A stretch of DNA of 64,000 bases. Source: Blepharisma stoltei ATCC 30299. Its lineage: Eukaryota > Protista > Ciliophora. Shown in pieces: positions 39,132-51,003 of this stretch. The translations under genes and the position numbers were made by a program. Below the pieces are notes generated by a model that saw nothing but the letters and a program-made list of their open reading frames with translations, was not told the origin of the DNA and made no database searches. Position 1 is the stretch's first letter; each line of letters starts with the position of its first letter. The stretch covers positions 496,001-560,000 of the forward strand of contig CBFDEM010000004.1 of assembly GCA_965603825.1 (NCBI GenBank). Reading direction: 5' to 3'.

Positions 39132-41309
39132 ATGGAATCGAGCACAGGTATTAAAGAAGTGCTATCACATTGGGCCCCAGTTTTTCGTATCATAATTCTT
39201 GCAATGATTTGTGTAATAGCAGTGATAATTCGTGTCTTCTCTGTATGAATTATTTAGATTATTCGCTTCGAAAGTATAATTCATGAATTTGATCCTTGGT
39301 TCAATTACAGAACAACTCGATTTCTATCTGAAAAAGGTTTGTATGAGTTCTGGAACTGGTTTGATCCATACTCTTGGTTCCCCCTAGGAAGAGTGATCGG
39401 CGGCACTTTATATCCAGGGATAATGACTACTTCTCTAGCACTACACAGCTTTTCTCATTTCCTTACATTTCCAATAGATATAAGGAATGTGTGCGTATTT
39501 CTAGCACCAATGTTTTCAGCGCTTACTGCCCTTTCTTGCTACTTATTAACGAAAGAAATTACAAACAAATCAGAGCCTGCATTATTTGGAGCGCTTTTTA
39601 TTAGCGTAGTGCCAGCTTACATATCGAGATCAGTAGCAGGGAGTTATGATTATGAAGGAACAGCTATTTTTGCCATGATGTTTACGTTTTATCTATTTAT
39701 TAGGGCTTCGAAAACGGTAGGATTTATTTAGGGATCTCTGATTTGGAGCAGCATGGCTTCTTTGGCATTCTTCTACATGGCAGCGTCATGGGGAGGGTAC
39801 ACATTCATCATCAACGTCATCCCAATTTATGTGATAGGCTTGATTTTTATAGGCAAATTCAGCAATAATATGTATATTGCTTATTGCACATTCCATGTAC
39901 TTGGCACACTACTAGCAATGCAAATACCTTTTATCGGCTTCCTTGGAGTGACTTCTTCAGAGCATTTAGCTTCACATTTGGTATTTATCTTCATTAATAT
40001 TTATTATGTGTGCGATTGGGTAAAAGAGAAAATTGGCGAACAAAGATTTAGGTTTATAATGAGGCTTATGATATATGGCTCTCTCTTTTTAATTGTTCTC
40101 TATGCGCTATACGTAACTTTGACAAGAAAAATGGTTTGGAGCGGAAGATCGATGTCTTTGCTTGACCCTACTTATGCGAAAAAATTCATCCCAATTATAG
40201 CTTCAGTTTCTGAGCATCAGCCTACAACTTGGTCTTCTTTCTTTTTTGATATGCACGTCTTGACTGTTTTTGCACCTCTTGGCCTATATTATTGCTTGAT
40301 AGAATATACAGAAGCCAGGCTTTTCATTGCTTTATATGGAGTTTTGGCTGTATATTTTGCATCTGTTATGGTTAGGCTGCTGCTTGTTCTCGCACCTGCA
40401 CTCTGCGTTCTCTCTGGGATCGGAGTGTCAGAAACTTTGCAAACTTTTGTCAGACATGTTATTTACTACAAAGAATGGCTAAGGTATCATGACACAAAGA
40501 ACTCTATAGAAAAACTTAAAAAGCCGGCATATGGAATTCCTATTGAATTATCATTACCTGTAATTATTGTTATTGGAGGGTTCTCGATGCTCTATATATG
40601 GCATAGTGTATGGGCTGGCGCTGCAAGCTATTCGAGTCCATCCATAATTATGTCAAGCACCGGCCAGCAAGGGGAGCGAATAATTATTGATGACTACAGG
40701 GAGGCTTATTATTGGCTCCGCATGAACACCGAGCAAAATTCACGAATAATGTCATGGTGGGATTATGGCTACCAGATAACTGGGATGGGAAATCGAACAG
40801 TTATGGTTGACAATAACACATGGAATAACACTCACATAGCGACCATGGGAATGATTTTTGGCAGTGATGAAGAGGAAGCTGCTACTTTGTTGAGGAAATT
40901 AGATGTGAATTACGTTCTGGTTATTTTTGGAGGCTACAATGGATACTCAGGAGATGACATTAATAAATTTTTGTGGATGATCAGAATTGCAGGCGGAGTT
41001 TTTCCACATATAAAGGAAAGCAATTACAGAAGCAATGGGGCCTATAGAGTCGATGGAGGTGCATCGCAAACTATGAAAAAAAGCTTGATGTACAGACTTT
41101 CATATTATAGATTTGGGGAGGTTAGCAGAAATGGAAGAGTTGCAGGCTATGATGTTGTAAGGAAAGCGGAAGTTGGAGAAAAAGATATCAAGCTAAAGCA
41201 TTTCAGAGAGGCCTTTACATCCAAAAATTGGATAGTAAGGATATTTGAATTACTTCCAGAAGCTAATCGAGATGAAATGAGCCCTCGCGAGACCTTTCCT
41301 TCAAGATAG
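39132..41309 (+). CDS. STT3: Oligosaccharyltransferase catalytic subunit STT3 (~715 aa, 2 introns)
   Basis: [45 protein letters not shown] and DINKFLWM motifs. Confidence 0.96.
39243..39257 (+). other. 15-nt intron in STT3
   Basis: GTATGAATTATTTAG contains an in-frame TAG; removal gives [18 protein letters not shown]. Confidence 0.92.
39717..39731 (+). other. 15-nt intron in STT3
   Basis: GTAGGATTTATTTAG contains an in-frame TAG; removal gives ASKT-GSLIW. Confidence 0.92.
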
Positions 41310-41352
41310 ACAATAAAATAAAATAATCCAGACTATTTAATAATATGTTAGC

Positions 41353-43023
41353 TTATGTCATTGTTTTACACACAGGAAAGTCACTGGCAGAAACTTTTGA
41401 ATTTGTACTGCTTCTTCTTTCAGAAATCCGACTAACTCTTCGTATACTCAATCTTTGCTTAGACAGCCTCCTCACTGAATTTCTTGGCGATTCTTCTGTT
41501 CCTAGTGAAAATCTCATAGAGTTATCTTCGGAAAAGCACATCATTATTTCTTTGAAATGAGCAAAATCCATAAATTCCCCAGCTTTCAATTGAAACTCAT
41601 TCACAATTTCATTAAAATCATTGCTATTAAGGGAACAGCCTGCTACTTCAAGTGCCGTTTTTAATTCTTTAACTCCAATTTTCTCCTCATTATTCTATAT
41701 ATTTCATACAAGATCAAACTTTTTAAAAACATCCCATATGATTTCTTCATTTAGAATCTTCTTCCTATCGAGAACAGCTACTATAAACTCTGTGTAATTT
41801 AGTTTTCCTTTTCCTATATAATCTATGTTTCTAATCATATTGTGAAAATCATCAAGGAAAATTTCATGGCCCTGCCTAATCATGGCTTGCTCTATATCGA
41901 TTGCAGTAATGTAACCTTGATTTGCTGAATCCAAAGACATAAAAGCATTGTGAAGTTCTGAAATTTGTTCTTCAGAAAGATTTTTAACTACTAGTTTCAT
42001 GGTTTCCTGTCAGAGCTTTCCTCTAGCCTTGTAGTTCTTCAAAGAATTGAAAATATTTAAATTAACGGGCTCAGGTTGGTTGACCATAAAACGCTGAAAT
42101 CACGGATGCATTAATGCCTGGGACATGTTATAACGCTGGGCTGGGTCTAGCACAAGGAGTCTGGAGATCAAGTCTTTTGCTTCACTAGAAATATTTGCTC
42201 ACTTTGGATGAGAAAATGAAAAATGTCCTCTGGATATTCTCATGAACACATCATTGACGTTCACTCCAATAAACGGATGCTTACCAACAAGTAAGAAGTA
42301 CATTATTACACCAAGAGATCAGTAATCACACTCTTTGCCATATGTTTCATGCATCATTTCAGGAGCTAAATAATAAGGAGTCCCAACCATAGTACTCATT
42401 TGGTTATTGGTAAATTTTATAGACATCCCAAAGTCAATGATTTTTATTTCAGCATCAGGCCCTGCATGACTTAGCATGAAATTTTCCGGTTTCAGGTCTC
42501 GATGACACACATTTAGCCTATGCAAGTGTTTGACCCCAAGCATCAGTTTTTTCATTATCGTTGCTACTTCCATTTCATTTAAAGTCCCTTTAAGTAATAA
42601 ATAATCAAAGAGGTCACCTCCTGTGCATAACTCCATCACAATATGTATATACTTTTTGTCTTCATAAATTTCATACATTTTAATGATGTTAGGGTGATCT
42701 ACAATCTGCAAAATTTCGAGCTCTCTTCTTAGCGATTCAGTCTCTTTTAGCACTCTATCTTTTGAAATCGACTTGACTGCGTAATGTTTTCCTCTGGCGG
42801 CTTCATTTGAAATTTCCAATGGCTTCGCGTTTAGCATTTTTATGGCTTCCCTTACTGTTCCAAATTGTCCGTAGCCTATGACTTTGATAAATTCGTAGTA
42901 TTCTCTTACATCTTTTTATTCATTACTGTCGAGTATTGCATGTGGTGATAAATTAGAAAATTTTATGCCTTCAGCATATGGAGGAAATCTCAGTTTAATG
43001 TCTCGCTGGCAACAAATTCCCAT
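41353..43023 (-). CDS. Calcium-dependent protein kinase (CDPK-like, ~546 aa) with N-terminal MGICC acylation motif
   Basis: GYGQFG, AVK, HRDLKPEN, DFG, APE and DYW(TGA)SLG motifs, followed by EF-hands; two tiny introns inferred. Confidence 0.9.
41695..41709 (-). other. 15-nt intron in CDPK
   Basis: GTATGAAATATATAG; removal restores the EF-hand FDL-NNEEKIGVKEL. Confidence 0.9.
42912..42926 (-). other. Probable 15-nt intron in CDPK
   Basis: GTAATGAATAAAAAG with A at position 10; removes an in-frame TAA; purine-rich 3' end is atypical. Confidence 0.62.
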
Positions 43024-43108
43024 TGAGTTTTCCTAAATTTATACTTAAAATGAAATATAGAGTTTTTGTGTGGGAGAAATTGTTTAATTATTAATTACAG
43101 GAAAGCAG

Positions 43109-44425
43109 CTATGTAAGTATCGGCTTCACTATAAAAGGCTCTAAATGATTTCTTGGGATGAATCGAATCCTAATGTTCATGGTAGCCGGATTTGGCTTCT
43201 GTTCATTGAGGATCTGGCAGAAGTTGCTTACAGGGGACCTCAAGTCAATTGTTGACGACGACATCTCTTTGAAATTGAGTCCAATGTAATATGCACTTGA
43301 ATATGGGTATTTTGGAGTTGGAGATGGAAATGATCTTGAGTAAATCAAAACACGCGGCTTTGGGTAAGTGCACTCGAGATCTGCTATCAAAAACTTTAAT
43401 CGGCTTGATACAAGCCCATGCCAATTTTCGAAGTCCAGAGCGGTCGACGATTGAATTTCGACCCGGAGAAAGTACTTGAACTGTTGGAAAAAGTCGATTT
43501 CTGCAAATAAGTCGTCAAATGTTGCAACACCTGCAAAAATATCTTCTGTGATTTTGTAGGCAAGCTTTACTTCTTGGTTTATCAAGTGAAAGCCTGAGGA
43601 AGAAAGTGTGTAAGCTGCATTATATCTTGGAAATGCCGGGGTCATAATTGAAATATAACTTTTGTCGTTTGCGCTTCTAGTGCTGTAGATATCCATCTTC
43701 TGGTGAAATTCTGCTGGGGTCAGGCAAATTGGGATACTTCAGTCCCAAACGCTGTAGACCTTAAAAAACTTGTATATAATTTCCACATCAGAAAGTCCAG
43801 GATACATCATGCAGACCTTAGCAACCATCAAACTCCATGCTGCACCGCCTAAGTAGCCGAATATATTAGAGTAAAGACCTTTTCTTTTCGCTCAGAGTTT
43901 GATTGCTCTTAAAACCATTTGATACTTTTCTATATCAGGAACAAGCCTTAACAAAATTTCATTATTTCTGTATCCATTGAGGCTGAGCATTGTCGCTTCG
44001 TCACAAACATCAAAAATTGCATCGTCAAGTAAGTTCTCTGCATCGACGTTCGCGTATAAGAGGTCGACTGCTGTGCTTTCTATTATAAGTTTAATTATCG
44101 GGACTTTGGTACGAAACACGCCATGGCAATAGAACACACCGTTCATAGAGGACAAGCGCTCATAGAATTCGGTTTGGAATTCAGAACGAGAAATATTTTT
44201 CGGTGCAATACACAAAATATCCAAATCTGTGTTAGGAGAATGGACCCCTAGTTTGTAAGATCCGAATGCTATAACTTTGCCTTGTGGGCACCAGGCTTGG
44301 AATTCTTGTGTAAGAGAAGAAATGATTTGAGCTCGGAGTTGGTTCCCTTGAGCAGTTTCGAAAACTTTGTGGCTTACTAAGGTCTCGTGCAGGGAGGAAG
44401 AAAGTTCTTCAATAGAAGCTGTCAT
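43109..44425 (-). CDS. Canonical-type poly(A) polymerase (compact, ~438 aa)
   Basis: FGSYKLGVH..NTDLD, KVPIIK, SLNGYR, IKLW(TGA)AKRKGLYSN..GYLGG and IMTPAFP motifs. Confidence 0.92.
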
Positions 44426-44772
44426 TATTAAATTTGAGAATTTTAAATAAGGGGCCAGCAAAGTTAGAGTTTTATTCAAAATTAAAATATTTTCATTGAC
44501 TTTAGAATGATTACCGCTAAAATATTATTGTTTAAAAGTTCTATGTAATCTATTTGCATTTGCTAGAGAGTTTAAGAGTACTCAGATTATAGTAGTAGGA
44601 TCATTGAGAGAAGTTTCTGCTGATTTTGGGATATTAAAGATAGGTGAGAAAAGATAATCGTACTTATTTTGTTTAAAACTGCCCTGGAGAGATTTTTCAT
44701 TAATTATTTTGTGCTCACTATTCCTGAATGATATATATCATCTAGACACTTACGATTTTAATGCCTTAATAA

Positions 44773-46833
44773 TTAATTTAAAGAAGAATCTTCACTTAAA
44801 GTTTGCACATTAATAAATATTTGCGCGGAGTTGTTGTTTTCTGACTCTTCATCATTAGGCTTTCTAAGGTCAACTTTATTGTCAAACTTATTTAAAATTC
44901 ATTCTTTCAAATGGTAGCATAATCCCCCAATCAGTCTGATAATAACATTTATCATCCCAACCATCGCTATACCCATAAGCACATCTATCTGTTTAGTTTC
45001 AATTAACTCGTACATCAAATAGGCAAAAATTCCATTCGTTAAAATCCATATAAGGAGCCAAAAAGCTCGAAATGGCTGAAAGCGGACAATTTGGTCCCGC
45101 TCATTTTCAGTAATTTTTTCTGGATCACTATTGGAGCAGTCATGAATATTGCAAATGGAATAGATCATACAGATGTTAACGAGCACTGGTATGAAAGCAA
45201 TATAATGAGGGATGCTGCACAAAATATCTAAATGAAAAAGAATATTTAAGGCAAATAAACCTATTGAGATAAGAAAAGCGCCGAAATAAATCTGTGAATA
45301 ACCTCCGCCTGGCTCCTGGAATCAGTATGATAGAAAGAAAAACACACTGATAATAGAAATGGCCAAAAGAATTCAGCTTAGAACTGTCAAGCATTTATTT
45401 GCCTTTCTAGGAGCAACTCCCAAAGAAAGGATCATAATATATTCAAGAACTAGGCCATAAAAAATCATAAGAATATCTTGCACATGAATATTCCAATCAT
45501 CATCTTCAGCTTTTTTTCTCAAGCCTTGAGACAAGAACACGAAAAAATATCCTACAATCAGCCAGGAAAAAAAGAAATTTGTAACATATAAGATCATTTG
45601 CATAGCAAAAAAAACGATCCTATACCACGGATGCGAAGTTTTACAGCAAAAAATCATGCAAGACTTTTTAAGAGATTCCAATAAAATGAACCAAGTCCCA
45701 TTTATCCATTTTCTTCTTGTAAGCATGATTTTGTAAATTTTATTTGAAACGTTAATTTTTGCTTTAGACCTTTTGACATATCTCAAAGTGTACCTATGGT
45801 CCTTTTGCATGAAGAGAGATAAACTCAATAGTCTATCCACTGAGAGATAGTAGTTTGAATTTGCAGCATCTATTTCTTCAGGATGGCAAATGGACTTAAA
45901 ATGAGTTTCCAAAAGAATGTTCATGCTTAAAGCTTTCCATTGATATGCACTAAAATAGCTAGGGAGACTTGAAACGTAGCCAAAGGAACTTTCTAAAGCT
46001 TTATCAAGCATATAAATTGTCTTGTACTCAAAAAGTTGAGCATATCGAAAAATTTTTCTACAGTTCTTTGCATTTGGCTTCAGTTCTCCGGTGCATCCAG
46101 CGAGATTTTCATCAGCTCGAAGAGCCATATACATATAAAATAAAGCATTCTCTTCTGGCTCGATCCCAGCATCAAGCAGCATAACAATTCGGGGGTTGAT
46201 ATGCTGACAAAAGCCACCAAAGAATCACAAGTGTGAATTAAGCTTTCCTGAGTATTGCTCCTTTATGCAAAAAATTAAATCGAGTCTGCATTTGCTATCT
46301 CCCTGTGGCCAGTCTTTGTGCATAAACATGTGAGCGAGCTCTCCATTTGCTTGAGGTTGATTTCCTAGTATATGTTTTAGAGAAATTTCACTCTTGTCTT
46401 GACTTAAATTAAATCGATCAACTATTTCCCTTTCATTATAATAATTTGAGCCAAAAGCCTTACCAAGCAAATTATTGTTGTAAACTGCTTTCAAATTTTT
46501 TCTGCCATCTGCGATTGCAACGCAGAGAACCGAGAGATCTTTTTCTTCAAAGATTTTTATGTTTTTGACAACTGAAACCATTGTTGCAGCTAAGTGCGAC
46601 TCTTGCTCAGGCTGAATAAAAATTCCAATAACTACTTCGCATCCAATTGATTCCGGGCTGTGTGACTTATATTTGTGAAGAAGACCAAGTTCTTCAATGT
46701 CTTGAGCAACTAAATTGAATCCATTAACACTATCAAGGCCCCATAATTCAGTTTCTCCACTTCCTCTTCTTCCCATTGTCTTATTTAAGAGAAAAGGCTG
46801 ATAGTCATATCAATATTCTTTTTCCTTTTCCAT
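44773..46833 (-). CDS. Chitin synthase-like protein with degenerate catalytic motifs (~686 aa)
   Basis: Colinear with the CHS at 51004-54096 (KLNSHLWFFGGFC, GCTGEL, DKALESSFGY, ICNIHD) but reads VDR and TRRKW in place of EDR and QRRRW. Confidence 0.83.
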
Positions 46834-46973
46834 AATTCCTTCTATAATTATATAAATTATTGCCAATTTATCAATTTCTTTTCGTTCGCAGAATGCTAGC
46901 AAAATGTTTTAAATAGTAATTTTTAATAAATGAGAAAATAAAATTGTAAAAAATACATCTTATTTAACATCAA

Positions 46974-47717
46974 TTAGAACTCGCTATTGTCGGATCTTTG
47001 GAGAGATTGGAAGTAGCTTTTGAAGAACCATTTAGCATCGTCTAAACTGCCTCTTGCTAGCTTTATTAAATTGTACCAGATTTCTTGAGGAAAAGTGAAT
47101 TTCATTGTACAGTACCAGAAAACAAGAAAGAAATCGAGGCCTAAAAATATCCATACAAAAATAGCATAAAGTAGATGTGGAGTATAATCAGTATCGATTG
47201 ATGATAGTTGGATTGTCAGAGAAATCAAGTCTGTTAGTGAAGTAAAAACTGTTACAATGAGGTATACTGATATTGCTTTGCTGCCGCGCTTGAAATGTGC
47301 AAAAAGGAGTGGCTGAAAAGTGGAGACGTCATCAAGATTCTCTGGCATTTCTTCATAAATTACGTGAGATTTTGGCAGCTGTTCTATCAGTTTGAATGCG
47401 AAAAAAGGTCTAATAAAATGAAGCAGTTGCAAAAATATCATAAACCTTCCAAAAACGATCATAAGAAAGAATGAAATCGTCATCAGTCCTAGCTCTAGCA
47501 AGCTCAACCAGTAAATTTTTTGCCTTAGATCGTATAAAACAATCTCTGTTTTGGTTGCATAAAGTCCTCATCTCCCATAAGCTTTAATTTTCAGTCCATT
47601 CCCCATGCTTTGAGCAGCTGCTTCATCATTCAATAATCCGTTTGATGAAATGTCAAGCTGGATTACGCTTTCATCTTGGTTAATTATCTCGGCTGCAAAT
47701 GACTGATCTGCCATCAT
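46974..47717 (-). CDS. Multi-pass membrane protein of unknown function (~247 aa)
   Basis: ORF extends upstream through TGA to MMADQSF; about 4 hydrophobic segments; TAA stop. Confidence 0.7.
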
Positions 47718-47798
47718 TAATTTCTATTTTATTAAATTTCAAACTATCCTAATTTATTAGCAGTCTCTGCGTTGATTTAAAACTTTGAAAGAAATTAA

Positions 47799-48848
47799 AT
47801 GGAGTTACGTGTGGGAAGCAAGTTCAGAGTCGGACGAAAAATTGGGAGTGGATCGTTTGGAGAGATTTACTTAGGTACAAATATTCAAACAAATGAAGAA
47901 GTAGCGATAAAACTTGAAAATATTCGAACGAGGCATCCTCAGCTGCTATATGAGTCACGCTTGTACAGAATCCTTCAAGGAGGGACTGGAATCCCCTGCA
48001 TCCATTGATATGGAGTAGAAGGAGACTACAATGTCATGGTCATGGAACTTCTTGGGCCTTCCTTGGAAGACTTGCATCAATTTTGTGGAAGATCTATGAG
48101 CGTCAAGACTGTGCTGATGCTGGCGGACCAAATGATCTCAAGAGTGGAGTACATCCACGCAAAAAACTTCTTGCACAGAGACATCAAGCCAGACAACTTC
48201 CTCATCGGCCTGGGACGCAAAGCAAATCAAGTCTACGTCATTGATTTCGGTTTGGCTAAAAAGTACAGAGATCCCAAAACCAACCAGCATATCCCATATC
48301 GAGAAGGGAAAAATCTCACAGGAACAGCTCGCTATGCCTCTATCAGCACCCACATTGGCATAGAGCAGTCTCGAAGGGACGATTTAGAAGGCATTGGCTA
48401 TGTCCTGCTTTACTTCCTCAGAGGATCTCTCCCTTGGCAAGGTCTCCAAGGCAACAACAAGAAGGAAAAATACGCTGCAATCATGGAAAAGAAGATGAGC
48501 ACAAGCGTGGAGGTGCTATGTGCCAATTTCCCATTAGAATTCGCAACTTATATAAATTATTGCAAAGCATTGAGGTTCGAGGACAGGCCAGACTACAGCT
48601 ATTTAAAACGACTCTTCAAAGATTTGTTTTTCAGAGAAAATTATCAGTATGATTTCATGTTTGATTGGTGCTTGATCAGGCAGCAAGGAGGCCAAAATCA
48701 GCAAAATCCAAATGCTCAGCAAGCGAGAAATCAAGATCCGCCAGCTCAAGAAGAAACAAAACAAAATCGGCAAAGAGCAAGTCAAACTCCTCCCAGCCAT
48801 GTCCCTGGTCCAAAAATTGTGACGATTGCTTCCAGAGGTATGAGATAA
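47799..48848 (+). CDS. CK1: Casein kinase I (delta/epsilon-like, 349 aa)
   Basis: [21 protein letters not shown](TGA)[30 protein letters not shown] and EQSRRDD motifs. Confidence 0.97.
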
Positions 48849-49470
48849 ATATTACTTATGTTTCCCATTATATAATAAGTTTATCATCAAAATTAATTCG
48901 AGCAGGCATCTAGCTTCAAGCTGATCTCCTTATTTTGATATTTCACCATAGAAGTTTAATGCTAAGTTTATATAAGAAATTATTTTAGAATAATGCTTGA
49001 ATTAATGAAAAATATACTAATGGACTATTTTGAAATTCATAAAATCCTAATACTAGATTTTTTGAGCTCCTCTTATAGTTTTAGGCTGATTTAGAACTTC
49101 AAAAAAAATCTAAATTTCATAAATAAAGAAAAATGTTAAACCTTAAACCTGATAGTCATTTTTAAACCCAAAATAATGGTGCATTTATATTTACTGGATA
49201 ATTGATAGCATTAAAGCCAAAAACCTTGTCCTGGAATTAGCTAGCGTAATTAATCACATAAAAGTATGGCGGAATAATATAGTGATTTTTTGAGCCACAT
49301 CAATGCAGTCTGTGACAAAGTTTCCAAAATTTAAATAATAATAGATTATTTTATACTTTTAGGCTAAATATTCTAAATCTTTCTTTCATCTCAAAGTTTT
49401 CGTTTCTGGAATTTTTGGGACTTCAGACATCTTGAGCCAATGAGTTTCACGGATTTTTATCCACATAATT

Positions 49471-50937
49471 ATGTCCCAGAAGGTTTACGATATTAGACAA
49501 ACACCTACTCCATGCAAATGGAGCCTCAATTCGAGCGAACCTTCTCCTCATCGCCACATCCCTCACCAGGAGCGTCCAAAAATATGTGGTTCAATTTTGG
49601 AAGCAATTGGAAATACTCCGATGGTTCGAATAAACAACATTACCAAAAAGGACGGGATCGAATGCGAAATCCTTGTAAAATGCGAGTATTTGAATCCAGG
49701 CGGATCAGTCAAGGATAGAATTGGTCTCAGAATGATTGAGGACGCTGAAAGAGATGGGAGGATTGAGCCAGGGTGGACGTTGATTGAACCCACATCAGGA
49801 AATACAGGGATTGGACTTGCTTTGACGGCTGCTGCAAAGGGTTATCATTGCATAATCACATTACCTGAAAAGATGAGTCAGGAAAAAAGCAACACTCTCA
49901 AAGCCTTGGGAGCTGAAATTATCCGAACTCCAACAGAAGCTGCTTTTAATTCACCAGAAAGCCATATTGGAGTTGCAGATAGACTAGAGAGAGAGTTACC
50001 CAAAGCAATTGTACTAAACCAGTACTCAAATGCATCCAACCCATTAACACACTATGATCAAACTGCAGAAGAAATCTTGAGCCAATGTGATGGGCATTTG
50101 GATTACTTTGTGGTTGCTGCAGGAACAGGCGGCACTATGACTGGCATTTCAAGAAAACTGAAGGAGAGATGCCCGAATGTAAAGATCATTGGTGTTGATC
50201 CTGAAGGCTCTCTGCTGGCAGACCCAGAGCACGACCCTGTTGGGACATACAAAGTTGAAGGTATTGGCTATGACTTTGTCCCAAGAGTTTGCAATAGTGA
50301 ATTAGTCGATCAATGGGTCAAGACAAATGACCAAAACTCATTCGATATTGCAAGAAGACTTATCAAGGAAGAAGGAATCCTTGTTGGTGGCTCATCTGGC
50401 TCATCCTTCTGGGCAGCTCTACAGATTGCTAAGACTCTTCCAGCTGGCAAAAGAGTTGTTGTCTTGCTGGCAGACTCCATCAGAAACTATATGACCAAGT
50501 TCATCAACGACAATTGGATGATACAAAACGGTTTCATGCTTCCACCAGAAGACAACGCATTGAGTGGAAAATCTTTAAGAGACTTGAACCTGAGCCCTTC
50601 ACAAAATGTTTTGCCTTCAACCCCTTGCTCAGAAGTTTTGCAACTAATGCAAGAGAAATCGTACGATCAGCTGCCTGTTGTGGAAGGAAGCAGTATATTA
50701 GGCGTGGTCACAGTTGGTGGAATCACAGCAAAATTATCATCAGGAAAGCTCAAATCCACCGATCCATGCAGCATGTTTTTGTACAAAGGAAACAGAATCG
50801 TAACTCTGGATACTCCACTCACATACTTGAACACATTATTTGAGGATGAGCATTTTGCCCTGGTTAACACAGGGACATATATTTCAATTGTTACTCCTAT
50901 TGATCTCGCAAGATATGTTGCCACCCTTCAAGCTTAA
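49471..50937 (+). CDS. CBS: Cystathionine beta-synthase with N-terminal heme-type motif and C-terminal CBS domains
   Basis: KCEYLNPGGSVKDR (PLP lysine), EPTSGNTG, GTGGT, YKVEGIGYDF, DSIRNYMTKF and a Bateman pair. Confidence 0.95.
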   Translation: MSQKVYDIRQTPTPCKWSLNSSEPSPHRHIPHQERPKICGSILEAIGNTPMVRINNITKKDGIECEILVKCEYLNPGGSVKDRIGLRMIEDAERDGRIEPGWTLIEPTSGNTGIGLALTAAAKGYHCIITLPEKMSQEKSNTLKALGAEIIRTPTEAAFNSPESHIGVADRLERELPKAIVLNQYSNASNPLTHYDQTAEEILSQCDGHLDYFVVAAGTGGTMTGISRKLKERCPNVKIIGVDPEGSLLADPEHDPVGTYKVEGIGYDFVPRVCNSELVDQWVKTNDQNSFDIARRLIKEEGILVGGSSGSSFWAALQIAKTLPAGKRVVVLLADSIRNYMTKFINDNWMIQNGFMLPPEDNALSGKSLRDLNLSPSQNVLPSTPCSEVLQLMQEKSYDQLPVVEGSSILGVVTVGGITAKLSSGKLKSTDPCSMFLYKGNRIVTLDTPLTYLNTLFEDEHFALVNTGTYISIVTPIDLARYVATLQA

Positions 50938-51003
50938 GTAACAAATTCGATTAACTATTGATGATTAAAATTATCTTTTAAGCTAGTTTATTCATAAATT
51001 AAT

